DNA of 64,000 bases, taken from contig CM052816.1 in the NCBI GenBank assembly GCA_028534125.1, positions 11,720,001 through 11,784,000 of the forward strand, read 5' to 3'. The number at the start of each line of letters is the position of its first letter. The stretch's first letter is position 1. This DNA comes from Lama glama. Taxonomy: Eukaryota. The translations under genes were made by a program, and so were the position numbers. Shown here one piece after another: positions 1 through 10,842 of this stretch. Below the pieces are notes generated by a model. It made no database searches and was not told where the DNA came from. It was given only the letters and a program-made list of their open reading frames with translations.

Positions 1-139
1 CTGAAATGTCACCTTTCTTTAAGTTCTGGCTTTTCCATGAAATGTTGGCACTTGCTGGTCTGCCTCTGATTTCCATTTAGTACAAATCATCTTTTGCTTC
101 TTGGTTCTGGTTTATTATTATTATTTGAACTGCATGACT

Positions 140-390
140 TTCTTTTTTTAAAGAAGAAACACAATTTCTATACTGTAAAATTCATCCCTTTAAAGTATTC
201 AATTCACTGCACAAGGATGACATGCAAATTCATGAAGCGTTCCATATTTAAAAAAAAACTATTCAATTCAGTGGTTTCTAGTGTATTCGCAAAGCTGTGC
301 AACCACCACCACAATCTAATTCCAGAATATTTTTTTTTCCTACAAAAGAAAATCTGTGCTCATTAGAGGCCACTCTGCATTCATCCCTCA
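140..390 (-). mobile_element. Old L1 (L1MB/L1MC-like) 3' end fragment, interrupted by a U6 retrocopy
   Basis: AAAATTCATCCCTTTAAAGT..AATTCAGTGGTTTCTAGTGTATTCGCAAAGCTGTGCAACCACCACCACAATCTAATTCCAGAATATTT resembles the antisense of eutherian L1M 3' termini. Confidence 0.75.
207..258 (+). pseudogene. RNU6: 5'-truncated U6 snRNA retropseudogene (3' 43 nt of U6 plus oligo-A)
   Basis: 207-249 CTGCACAAGGATGACATGCAAATTCATGAAGCGTTCCATATTT vs U6 CTGCGCAAGGATGACACGCAAATTCGTGAAGCGTTCCATATTT (3 differences, all CpG transitions); A-tail 250-258; TSD TATTCAATTCA at 196-206 and 260-270. Confidence 0.93.
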
Positions 391-569
391 GAGATGCATG
401 ACTTTTGTCTTTGAGGTTAACTCCTTGAGGGCAGTGGCCAAGACTTTTTTTGTGTGTCTCTCATAGAAGCCCAGTTCTGGGGCCATAGGAGGCATTGATA
501 GAAATTGCTTGAATTGCTATCTCATTATGTTGATCGCTGTTTCAATTCAAGGCAAGAATAAGAGGCCAT

Positions 570-745
570 GTGCCGTGGAGGAAATACCACGCAAAGGTTC
601 TGTTTTAGTTTTTCTTTCAGTTCAGCAGCCAACTGTGCCCTTGGGTAACTCCCTCCCTGTCTTTAGGCCTAATTTTCCGCCTCTGTAAGTGGGAGAGTGG
701 GGTGAGTATGGGCTGAGTGATTTCTGTGATGCCTTCTGGTTCAAA
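570..745 (+). mobile_element. MIR/MIR3 SINE
   Basis: MIR-like core CTGTGCCCTTGGGTAACTCC..CCTAATTTTCCGCCTCTGTAA followed by a MIR3-type tail. Confidence 0.6.
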
Positions 746-2419
746 CTGGCATCGGACTCTCTTAATTTTGAGATCCAGATTGACTTGAGACAGAAGACAA
801 TTTACTGAATGAAAACAGCAGGGTTTATTTCCATTTTCATTGGTGTTTTGCAGGGTATGTAAAATAATAAAGCTCCTCTCTGGAGGCTGTGCCTGGGAAT
901 GTAACGTGGTCTGGCTTAGTCATGTGTGGACTCAGTGGAACTAAGGTGGGATGCCCCAGCCTAGGGAAAAATGAGTGTGCTGTTCTTGGTCAAGATCTCA
1001 ACCTTAGCCTTAGCTATTTGGGGGAGGGAAGTTTACACCTATTTACATTCAGGGGCTCCTCCTTGTAAATTATGAGCCAAAATACCATACAGAAGTGATG
1101 GCACCAAAAGGCAAAACTACACGAATTATGCACCATACTTTATTCCTAGCTTGGAGGATGAGCATCTTTTAGTTTCTACCTAATGAACATTTGTGGTCAT
1201 ACAATTTCAATCATCCTTCAGCTCATCAAGGGTCTTCTGTCTTCAAGAACATCTTAGGGGAAAAAAGTGAATCAATCCTATTTTTCATGTTTCCCAAATG
1301 AGTGGTTCCACGTCATGGAAATGAGGTCGGAATGGTAAACAGACAGCTGTTCTGTGTTTCTCCTTCCAGGGAGATGAAGGTCAAGAACACCTTCCTCTTG
1401 CTTAACAGATCCCTCCCAAATGGGTTGTAAACAAGAGTGCAGTGCAGCCCCAGCTGCATCGGAAAAGAAAAGAGGCATTTGGAGCAGCCTTTAGAGGTGT
1501 TGAACATAGAGATCTTTGATTCTGTTTTCTCATCTCTTTGCGGTGTCTTTCTCTCACGACATGAAGCCATTGATTGAAGGAAGTTAGAATAACTTTTGAC
1601 ATAGCTAACCAAAATAGATAGCAAAGGGACTGGTTGCTAAGCACAGCTCTGCTGGGTTTCCTGGCTGACAGCCTGTGTTAGCATGCAGGGCTTTGCAGAG
1701 GCGAACACTTACTTGTTGGCGCCTGGTTGTTTGAAGCTGTTTATTGCCTCTTGGGTAATAGTGAGTCAGCAGCACCAGTGATATTAAGAAAGAATTACTG
1801 AAATTATGAGCCTCCCTAATCGGATATAAGCTTCTTGAGGGTATGACTGGTTCAAACATATACTCAACAAACATTTTTGAGCACCTACTATGTTCTGGGT
1901 GTGTGGTGGGTAATAATGAAGCCACAGTTCCTGTTGTCATGGTGACTTAAGCTTAGAGACAGAGAGAAAGGAAAAAAAAGGGCAAGAGAGAGACAAGTAT
2001 GATAGGACATTTCTTAGTATATTTGTGTACTCAGACTTTCTTCTCCTTCCATTCAGTAAAGAGGGTTTTTGGTTTTGTTTTAGCAAGGAGAAGACATTCC
2101 ATATTGTCTCTTTCCCTTCTCTTTGAGAGATGTTCCACATTGATGGTCTGGTTCTTTGCTGTTGGTAATGAGACTGGGAAAAGGGGAAGAATTAAACGAA
2201 AAAAAGGAGAAGCAAGAGGACAGGTTGGGAAAGACAAGAGGCACTCATGCAGGACACCCCTGCTCCAGCCAAAGGAGTTTTCCTAAATGTGTGAGGGGAA
2301 AGGGACAGTGCAGGAGCCCTGGGATGGGAATGAAGTGGATGCCAGAAGAAAGATTTTCAGATGCATTGCTGTGGATTTTATTTATCATTTACGGTTTTTA
2401 GGAAAAAATTTTAATAAGA

Positions 2420-3150
2420 AAAGATAAAACTCTTCATCATTAATAATTCAAACAATACCAAAGATGATAAAATGATAGATAAAAGCTGCCTGTCCCCCAC
2501 CCCGTTCCTCAAGCCATATGTCAGTGGCATTTTCCAGAAGTAACTACCATTAAAAGTAACATACTTGCAGATCATATACATATAAATTTTAATATATGTA
2601 CACATACATATGCACACACATAACATCTTTTAAACAAAAGAGACTATATTATGTATTTTTGGATCTTTTTTAAAAAGCTATTTTTATATATAGTGGCTAA
2701 CATTTGTAAATCTCAAACTCCCAAATTTATCCCCTCGCGCTCCATTTCCCAGTAACCATAAGATTGTTTACTAAGTCTGCGAGTCTGTTTCTGTTGTATT
2801 TTTCATGTTTTGCAATCTTCTGCATGTAATGTAACAGCATATTTTCAGGTTAATAGGCATGTATCTTTCTCATTTCCTTATTGGCCCCATGGCATTTTAT
2901 TTAATTGAGATACTCTATTTATAAAACTGTTTCTCTATTGATGAGAATTTATTACTTTAAAGAACATCTTTTTATGTATGTCTTTCTATGTTTGTGCAAA
3001 CATTTTTGTAGATTAGAATCTTAGACACTGGTTTGTTGGATCATAGAGAATGCATTACATTTTTTTCATAGATCTTGCCAAATTGTCCTCCAAAAATGTG
3101 TCACGTTACTCTACCAAGGGCTTGAGAATGAATGTTTTTCATGTCCTCAT
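2420..3150 (-). mobile_element. Ancient L1ME-like 3' region
   Basis: Degenerate antisense L1ME motifs (CCAGAAGTAACTACCATTAA; TTGCCAAATTGTCCTCCAAAAA). Confidence 0.55.
2661..2794 (-). mobile_element. Short young L1 3'UTR fragment nested in the L1ME
   Basis: TATATAGTGGCTAACATTTGTAAATCTCAAACTCCCAAATTTATCCC..GTAACCATAAGATTGTTTACT is near-identical to 33075-33185; possible TSD TGTATTTTT at 2652-2660 and 2795-2803. Confidence 0.8.
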
Positions 3151-3664
3151 TAGCTCTGTCATTAAAGGCAAGAACTGCAGTGTTGCTCAGGAACATGCCT
3201 CCAATTCTTCAAATTCTTCAGTTTTTTAATAAAGATATATGCACATAGTCTTGCAAAGCCATGTTCTCTACTTTGTGGAAGATCAACTCTTATGGGTATG
3301 CTCCAAGACATGTCTTGGAGATGGAGGCATTAAAGCTTTTGACTCTCAGAAATGTTTCTAAAGGTGCTTGGAGGATTCTGAGTGGCACAAAAGTTGATTC
3401 ACTTTAACTGTCAACATTTCTCAGGGCAAAATGTATCTACAGAGTTATCAACTTCATTCTACAGTCATCACTGGGGGATTTTGAGTCTTCCCACAGGGGA
3501 CATTGAACTGATAAGAAGGTTATCCACGCCATATGTGTATCTGTCACATTAGTGGTAATGAACCACTTGGTCCATAGGTAGAACAACAACCAGAACTATA
3601 AAGTTCTCTACCCCTCCTTCTTCAGCTGTGACATCGCAGCTCTGCAAAAGCTCATTTTTGATTA

Positions 3665-3870
3665 ATTATTGAGTACTTATGTTAGTTCTGTACTAAGAAC
3701 TTTGAAATACACTTTCTTATTTAACCTTTAAACAACTATGTGAGCTGGGTGTAAATATTCCTGTTAAAAGCAGAAACCAAGTGTCGGAGTTTAAATAACA
3801 GCCATGCAGCTAGACTGTGGCACAACCGGTGTTTGAAACCATATCCATGTGATTCCAAATCCTATGTAGT
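3665..3870 (-). mobile_element. MIR SINE split by an L1 insertion (resumes 4496-4530)
   Basis: TTATTGAGTACTTATG..GTTTGAAACCATATCCATGTGATTCCAAATCC, then TCCAAATCCCATATTGTTAACCAC after the L1. Confidence 0.7.
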
Positions 3871-3928
3871 TTTTTTTCCTCTAGTGAGAATATATTTTAT
3901 GGGGTTTTGTGTGTGTGTGTGTGTATAT

Positions 3929-3959
<31 letters not shown>

Positions 3960-4495
3960 TTTGACTGATATATATACATTTGACAATGTTATGTCAATTT
4001 CTGGTTACAGCACAATTCTTCAGTCGTACATACACATATGTATATTCATTTTCATATTCTTTTTCACCAAAAATTTGTACAAGATATTGAATATAGTTCT
4101 CTGTGTTATACAGTATAAACTTGTTGTTTATTTATCTTACATATAGGAGTTAGTATCTGCCAAGCCTGAACTCCCAATTTATCTCTTTCCACCCACTTCA
4201 CCTCTCTCCCCATAACCATAAGTTTTCTGTCTGTGAGTCTGTTTCTGTTTTATAAATAACTTCATTTGTCTTTTTTTTTTTAGATTCCACATGTAAGTGA
4301 TATCATATGATATTTTTCTTTGTCTTTCTTGCTTACTTCACTTAGAATGACAACCTCTATGTCCATCTGTGTTGCTGCAAATGGCTTTATTCTTTTTTAT
4401 GGCTGAGTAGTATTCCATTGTATAAATATACCACAGCTTCTTTATCCAGTCGTGTGTCAGTGGACATTTAGGTTGTTTCCATGTCTTGGCTATTG
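3871..4495 (-). mobile_element. 5'-truncated L1 3' end with (TTTA)n tail, extra 3' segment and TSD
   Basis: L1 3'UTR antisense (TAGATTCCACATGTAAGTGATATCATATG; GGCTGAGTAGTATTCCATTG; GTTTCCATGTCTTGGCTATTG); imperfect TSD TCCAAATCCTATGTAGTT at 3854 and TCCAAATCCCATATTGTT at 4496. Confidence 0.9.
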
Positions 4496-5189
4496 TCCAA
4501 ATCCCATATTGTTAACCACGATGACTGACTACTTGTTAAACAGTGTGACATTAAATAATGCCTTTTTGATGATCTGTTTGGTCAAGCTGCTGAGTCCCAG
4601 GTAGCTTATTTTGTAAAACTGGTGCAGTAAGTTTGCTTACCTCATTGGATTATTTTGAAATTAAACTGAAATAATAATATAACACATTATATTAGTATAA
4701 TAAAATAAATTAAAATATATTCAAAGTGTATTTGGCACACACTAAGTATAAATTATGAGATTTGCTGTATGGACTGTTATTACCGAGTTGACTCCCCATG
4801 GCTAACAAGTTTTTTATCTTGTTGGACCAGCATCATCACCTCTTGGGGTTCTATCTGACTTCTTGACAACCCACTTCACCCACTTCGTGGTCACTTAGTT
4901 ATCTTTATCTGGAATGTTTCTCTCAGATGGAAATCATCCTATATTCCTGCTTTGGCTCCTGACCCAGATTTCTTGTCCCATTTCAAGTCAAATGAATGAT
5001 TTTGGTCTAGTATCTAACCAATCTCCAGATAGTTCAGGCTCTCTGTTGTCTCAGCCTGCCCTGAATCAGTCCCTTTTATAAATACACCTGACTTCTCCAT
5101 CTCCTTTTTTTCCCCATCTGGTCCTCAGCATGGGCAAACCTATGCTTTGTCAATGAAAAATCTGGTTGTCACGCAGTGCTTCTGATTCT

Positions 5190-6030
5190 TGCTTACCTAC
5201 TCCAGTCACGCAACCTTTATTCAGGAAATACTTCAGAGAACTCACTATGCAGCAGGCACAGAGTCAGGTATTAGGGAGACAGTGTGTACAACACAGGGAG
5301 ACTCGGAGCTTACAGCCTAGAAGATACGGATCAGGTTATCAAATAGTCATGTGGATTTAAAGTCGCAACTGTGATAAATGTTGTAAAGGTGAGTGATGTA
5401 GTATTATGAGAGTTTATGCTGGGGATATCTGACCTTGTCAGGGAGGTCAGGAAAGTCTTCCCTGAGGGAATGATGCTGAGATGAGTTCCAGAGGATGGAT
5501 GAGAACTAACTAGGCAAGTGCGGAGAGCAGAGCAATGTGGGCTGAGAGAAGAGCTTTTACAAAGGTGAAAAGGAGCGTGAGAAGTATTGGTTACTGGAAG
5601 AAAGCCAGTGAGGCTCAAACAGAGAGAGCAAAAGAATACAGGGTGCAAGCTGAGGTGACACCGGGTGAGACACTGTGGGCAATGCGAAGGATTTTGATCT
5701 TTATACCGAGTGCAGTGGGAAGCCATTGGATGGTGATGAGCACAGCAGTGGGGTAGTAGGGGTGTGATGAGATTCTCATTGTGTATAGGTCTGGAGAGGA
5801 CGGAGAGTGGACATGGGTAGAGCCACTAGAAGGTCTCTAAGGCAGGCAGTGCTGGTAGCTGTGTCTAGGACAGCAGTTGTAGAGGGAAAGAAATGAATGG
5901 TTGGGAGAGATTCTGGAGATGAAATTAGCAATCCTTGGTGGTGGTGGAATATGGTAGATGAAGGAGAGGGATGGCCTTAAGTTTCCTGGCTTGCATAACT
6001 GGCCAGGAGGTGATTCTCTTTACTGCAAGG
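5190..6030 (-). mobile_element. L2 LINE fragment
   Basis: Antisense L2 motifs GGGAGGTCAGGAAAGTCTTCCCTGAGG, GGGAAGCCATTGGA, AAGTTTCCTGGCTTG. Confidence 0.85.
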
Positions 6031-6084
6031 GGAGAATAATGCAACTGAATACACTGGATTTATTTAATGATAAGTTATTTGCTC

Positions 6085-6425
6085 CACATAAGATTCTTAC
6101 AATCTCTGGGAGTAGAAATCCATTCAAACTAGCTTGAGTAAAAGTTTCTATATAAGGATACAAGGAATCACATGGAAGCAGTGGCAAGAGGCATGGGGGA
6201 AACTGGAAAGTTATCAGGAACTATGACCTCATTCTTTGCCTCTGAAGCCCATTTCTCTCTGCTGCTGTCTGTGAGCCTCCTTTGCTATCCTCTTTTTCTT
6301 GACTGGATAATTCTGCTAGGTTGCATATAGCTCATCATGGCCACAATCCCAAAATCTAAATCTAATTGATCAGCGGTAGCATTCTTCACTAACTGCTTAC
6401 AGTTTTGTATCCTACTTCACATAGT

Positions 6426-6477
<52 letters not shown>

Positions 6478-6560
6478 ATAGACAATTGTTGGTTAGCTGT
6501 CATGTGTGACCCTGATATAATCAGTAGGGCTGTGTCATAGTTAGTGATGCCCCAAATCCA
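6085..6560 (-). mobile_element. Degenerate MaLR (MLT1-type) LTR
   Basis: AGAAATCCATTCAAACTAGCTTGAGTAAAAG..TATAAGGATAC resembles an old MLT1 3' end in antisense. Confidence 0.45.
6426..6476. repeat. (GA)n microsatellite
   Basis: About 25 GA units with two GAAA interruptions. Confidence 0.97.
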
Positions 6561-6749
6561 GGGGTTGTGAACAGCGAAAACAATGGTATACAAGTCTAGT
6601 AAAACTCCTTCAAGGCAAGAAAAAATGTTAGGTCCTTTGGTATTTTTTGGAGAGAATAGCAAATAATTTGCATCTAGTAGTTGCTCAACAAAGAATGTCC
6701 TTGTTGAGTCATTGAAGATCTTTCAGTATTTTTGAAAAGCTGAGATATA

Positions 6750-6910
6750 TAATAACCTCCAGTGAAATTTTTTAAAATTCAGAATTCAAAGTCCACCTTG
6801 AGAAGAAACAGATTAATAGGTCTGAAGAGGGTCCCAGGAATATGCATTTCTGAAAAAAAAATCCCAACATATGTTTGATACAAGAGATTCATGGACCACT
6901 CACACTTTGT
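6750..6910. mobile_element. MER5-like hAT-Charlie MITE fragment
   Basis: AGGTCTGAAGAGGGTCCCAGGAATATGCATTTCT..CATGGACCAC..CACACTTTG. Confidence 0.6.
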
Positions 6911-7539
6911 TGGACTCGGCTCTGATGTGTTGGTGAATCATGGCCGGTAATCTGTATTGTGAACTCTGGACACTGAACTCCTTTTGGGTCTTGGACCTCT
7001 ATTTCTCCATGTATAAAGTGGGCCAAATATTAATTCTTTATATTCCAAAGTGAATTATGAGGTTAATAAGATAACTTCGGAAATGAGCTTTGACCTCTTT
7101 CCCAGAGTCATAAATAAGAAAGATGGTGATAATATATATATCTGGATAGCGTCTATATTTCTTGAATTACATCCAGTTCTTCTTGGCTGTTCACTATTTC
7201 CTGACGATGACCCAGGAATGAATAAGACTTCATCAGTGTTTTATTGTCTGCTTTCAGGAACTGGAAATATAAGTCTTAAATCACTGCTACTTGTCCTGAG
7301 TGAAGTTCTTATCTGTGGAGTAGAGGAAAGTTCTTGGGAAGTCAGACAGAATGCTGTCTGTAACTGCCTGGTTTTTCCAAAACAAGCATTTCTGATTATA
7401 AAAGATCCATTCTGAGATGCACCAGCTAACAAGACAGCCGCATTCCACTCATTGTATTGTTAGAACAGAGTCTGACTCTAAGGTCAGAGAATTTCAAAGT
7501 AAGGGAAGCCTGGGAGAGCTGCCAAACAGCTCCTTAAAA

Positions 7540-8560
7540 GAGTGGGCCCTCCACCCGGTTCCAGGTCCTCACCCTTCTCCTTGGCCTCAGCCACTGCAGT
7601 TTGGCTTCTGCTTCTGTCACCTCCCTGAGACTTCTCTCCCTGGGGTTAAATATGATTCCTCTCCCAAGTGCAGTGGTGCCCTTTGAATCATTGTGTATCT
7701 TAAGTGCTTTCTCTCTGTACCTTTTATTTCTGTAGTCTATTCCTTGAAGCCCTTTCCTCTCCTGAGTTTGAAACCTCTACTCTCTTGCACCTCAACTTCT
7801 ACCACACTGGTGGGAAGTTACTTCTAAGGCTCCTTGGCTAGCTCTTTGCACTTTTTGATTTAGTGTTTTTCGCAGTTTTATCCTTGTTGTTGGTCTGACC
7901 CATCATCTCCCTTTCTTTAGCTGTAATATATTCGCGGTTGATTCTCGTGTCTCTGCTTCCTGCCTGGACCTACCTCTGTCTTGAACTTGTATTTCCAACA
8001 ACTCCTGGGATTTTCCATTTGTGGAGCATATGGCTAGCTGACACTTGGCTGCTCCTAAACATCAGCTTATTGTTTTCTCCAACAAACCTATTACTCCTTT
8101 TCTTATCTTTATTTAATAAAGGCACCAGCCTCCACCAGAAACTTTGCAGTCTTCCTTGATACCTTGCTTGTACATTTCTGTCACTTTTCTTCCACTCCTT
8201 CTGCTCCTGTCCTGGTTCAGGCCCTCATGCCTTTATCATTTATTGTAAGGATGATTGTAATATCTCAGTTACTTTGCCTTCAATCTCTTCTTGTTCCAAG
8301 AGTCACGTTAGGGGAGTGGTACCTCCATTAAAAAAATACATAAATAAATAAACCTAATTGTCCCCCCCAAAAAAACCCCAAGAGTCACATTATTCTTCTA
8401 AAATATAAATCTTGTCATGTCTACTTAAAATCTTTCATATTTGGTGTACATTAAGCTACACTCTATAAAATCCAAATATCTAGCAGAGCTCATAAGAATT
8501 TTCACAACCTGGTACCAGTCTGCCTAAGCAGTTATCTTTCTCCTAATAAGACCATATTTT
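7540..8560 (+). mobile_element. L2 LINE fragment interrupted by Vic-1 at 8311
   Basis: CCACTGCAGTTTGGCTTCTGC; CCTGGTTCAGGCCCTCAT; TTCTAAAATATAAATCTTGTCATGTC. Confidence 0.75.
8311..8377 (+). mobile_element. Internally deleted Vic-1-type SINE with TSD
   Basis: GGGGAG-TGGTA-CCTCCATTAAAAAAATACATAAATAAATAAACCTAATTGTCCCCCCC matches the head and tail of the copy at 10678-10842; TSD CCAAGAGTCAC(G/A)TTA at 8296-8310 and 8378-8392. Confidence 0.85.
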
Positions 8561-8739
8561 TGAGTAACAGACATTTTACATGTATCTGGGCTTTTAATAC
8601 TAACAACAAGGATGATCAAGGTACATTATTAGTGTTATTTTATGTTAGGAAAGTGATACGAGAAAAGTTAAGTAATTTGCCCAAGATCACATAATTACCA
8701 GAAGGTGGAGAACCAGGGTGGAACTGAACCCTCCTTATA

Positions 8740-9130
8740 ATCACGCTGCAACTCTGTGTTTACTGAAGCCACACTGAACCTTTACAAGTGAACACGTCTT
8801 TATTTATGCTGTCTCCTCAGCCTGCATTGTCCAACTTCCTTGTCCAAGGTCCCTGGTGTCCTTCGAGGCCTTCCTTAAAAGGTGCTGAAGCTTATCAGAC
8901 TTCTTACATTGTAGTAGAATTGATAACTCCTCCTTTTGAGCTTCCCTAATGTCTTATGTATTTTTCAATGATAATATAAAACCCCTTTGTGTGATATATC
9001 AAGATGAGCTTCTTGATATGTCTCTGCTAAATTTAAGGGAACTCTTTGGTGACTCTATGTCTTAGTAATTTTTAGGTCCCCAAAGTCTAGTACACGGTAG
9101 ATCCTCAGAATATGTCTTCAGAATGTAGTG
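8740..9130 (+). mobile_element. L2 3' end fragment
   Basis: ATGCTGTCTCCTCAGCCTGCA..CCCCAAAGTCTAGTACACGGTAGATCCTCAGAATATG. Confidence 0.6.
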
Positions 9131-9479
9131 GGAGGGGTATTTTCATAATCCATTAAATTATTAGTGGGTAATCTAAACATGGCTTCTAATTAAAATAACT
9201 TTAGATATTAACATATAAACATTAAAGCTTCTCAGTAGGCTGCCCAGAGTTTATTTGTGATGTGCTGTGAGCAGGCATTTTCAAGAACATTGATTGAGAC
9301 TTACCTAGGAAGTAGTTACTTCTGCTTGAAGCACCCAGATGCCTTGAAACAGTCAACTGTATGATACACTCAACTGTATGATGAGCTACCCCACTGCAGA
9401 AAACCCGACTCAGACAGCAGAGGGTGTTTACCGCCTTGTGTTATAGAAAAGAACAGTGGCAGGATGAGACTTGATTGGG

Positions 9480-9890
9480 TGAGAATGAGATGCACCCTCT
9501 TTTTTGGTGTTACTTCCGTTTTCAGCAAGCTTCTCCTCTTGTGACCCTAAGGCTACATACATCCTTGGTCATTCATACTAGTGGACAGTAATGTGTCTCT
9601 TGTCCCAGTAGTCAACAGGATTCAGTCTGTTCAGATCAATTTAGGTCACACCTGTATCTAATAGTTAACCGTAGTTGAGAGATGTGATTACACGGATCAG
9701 AGAGTCCTCTGACACACCCCATCCTTAAGTCTGGAGCACTACCAGCTTTTCTCAAGCAAATGGGCTGCAGTAGGAACGGGTGGACACTGTAGCAAAAGCC
9801 AGAGTACTGATACCAAGTGGAGGGCAAATGGATGCTGGACAGACAAAAGCAGTAAAATGCCCTCCAAATGACCATTATGATAGTGGCTCA
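9480..9890 (-). mobile_element. Degenerate old MaLR LTR (MLT1K-like)
   Basis: TTTAGGTCACACCTGTATCT..CACACCCCATCCTTAAGTCTGGA..AAATGGATGCTGGACAGACAAAA. Confidence 0.5.
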
Positions 9891-10019
9891 AAAAGATGGT
9901 GGGAAACTTGTGATCTGAAGGTGATTGCTGTGTCTTCCACAAAACTCAGAACTGAGTCCTGTTTCTCAAGGAGTAAGGCACACCACCTAATGTATCTCTT
10001 TCCTACGTTATCTGATACT

Positions 10020-10427
10020 TGAAAAGGGAGATGTACTGGATATTGCCTGCTCTCTGCCAAGGGATGCCGACCTGCATGGTTTGCATCAGTGAGATCTCCA
10101 TATTCAGGTTGGGCTTGACCAGTGTGGAGACCAGAAGGCAGGAGGAGGGTGCAGTGGAGGTATTTATTCCTCTGGCTCCTTCCCTCCTGGGCTGTGGGTT
10201 GACTGTGTCACCACTCCTGCAGCCCTCTCTCCATACCTGCTTTCTCTGGATTCTAAACCGTTCTGTGCCTTTCTTGGTCTTCATGCTGTTGTTATTCCTG
10301 GGGTTCTGCATTGTTGATTGCTCTAAACTCTGCCTACACTTCAATAAAGATTCTTCTTGTTAAACTTGTGTCGAATTACCCAGTTGGAGTATGCCATCTG
10401 TTTTCTGCCAAGACCCTTACTGTTACA
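10020..10427 (+). mobile_element. ERVL solo LTR (LTR33-like)
   Basis: GGTATTTATTCCTCTGGCTCCTTCCC; terminus AATTACCCAGTTGGAGTATGCCATCTGTTTTCTGCCAAGACCCTTACTGTTACA. Confidence 0.7.
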
Positions 10428-10677
10428 GTGGGTAATCATCTCTCTTCTAGCATATTTTCAATTACTGCAGTAACACTTTTCCAAAATAAAATGATCATGC
10501 TATCAGCCAAAGGTAAATTTTCTTTAATTGGAGGAAAGCTAAGCTTTCCCAGTTAACTTGGATCACTTGTGGTTCAGTCAGAAAGTTAAAGGATTTGCAA
10601 CTTGAGGACAAAAGAATTGGCCAGGAGGGCATAGAGCTTTTATAACTGTTGTTATGGAGGTGCCTCCTTGTAGTTTT

Positions 10678-10842
10678 TTTTAATTAAACATTTTTAATTT
10701 TTTAAATTTAATTTCTTAGAGGGGGAGGTAATTAGGTTTGTTTATTTATTTACTTATTTATTAATGGAGTTATGGGGGAATTGAACCCAGGACCTCATGC
10801 ATGTTCAGCATGCACTCTACCACTGAGCTATTTCCCTGCCCA
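10678..10842 (-). mobile_element. Vic-1-type tRNA-derived SINE (Camelidae), full length
   Basis: Reverse complement has A-box TAGCTCAGTGGTAGAG, B-box GGGTTCAATTCC and tail TAAATAAACAAACCTAATTACCTCCCCC plus A-rich end; TSD CCTTGTAGTTTT at 10666-10677 and 10843-10854. Confidence 0.9.

Noticed and set aside
1350..1430. Strong acceptor-like TTTCTCCTTCCAG
   Set aside because: Stops follow quickly in the two frames I checked and there is no convincing donor.
5331..5726. 131-aa ORF
   Set aside because: Chance open frame in an L2 relic.
9354..9383. Direct repeat TCAACTGTATGAT x2
   Set aside because: Ordinary slippage micro-duplication; not an array.
10770..10842. tRNA-like sequence
   Set aside because: It is the head of a SINE (SINE tail and TSD present, imperfect acceptor stem), not a tRNA gene.
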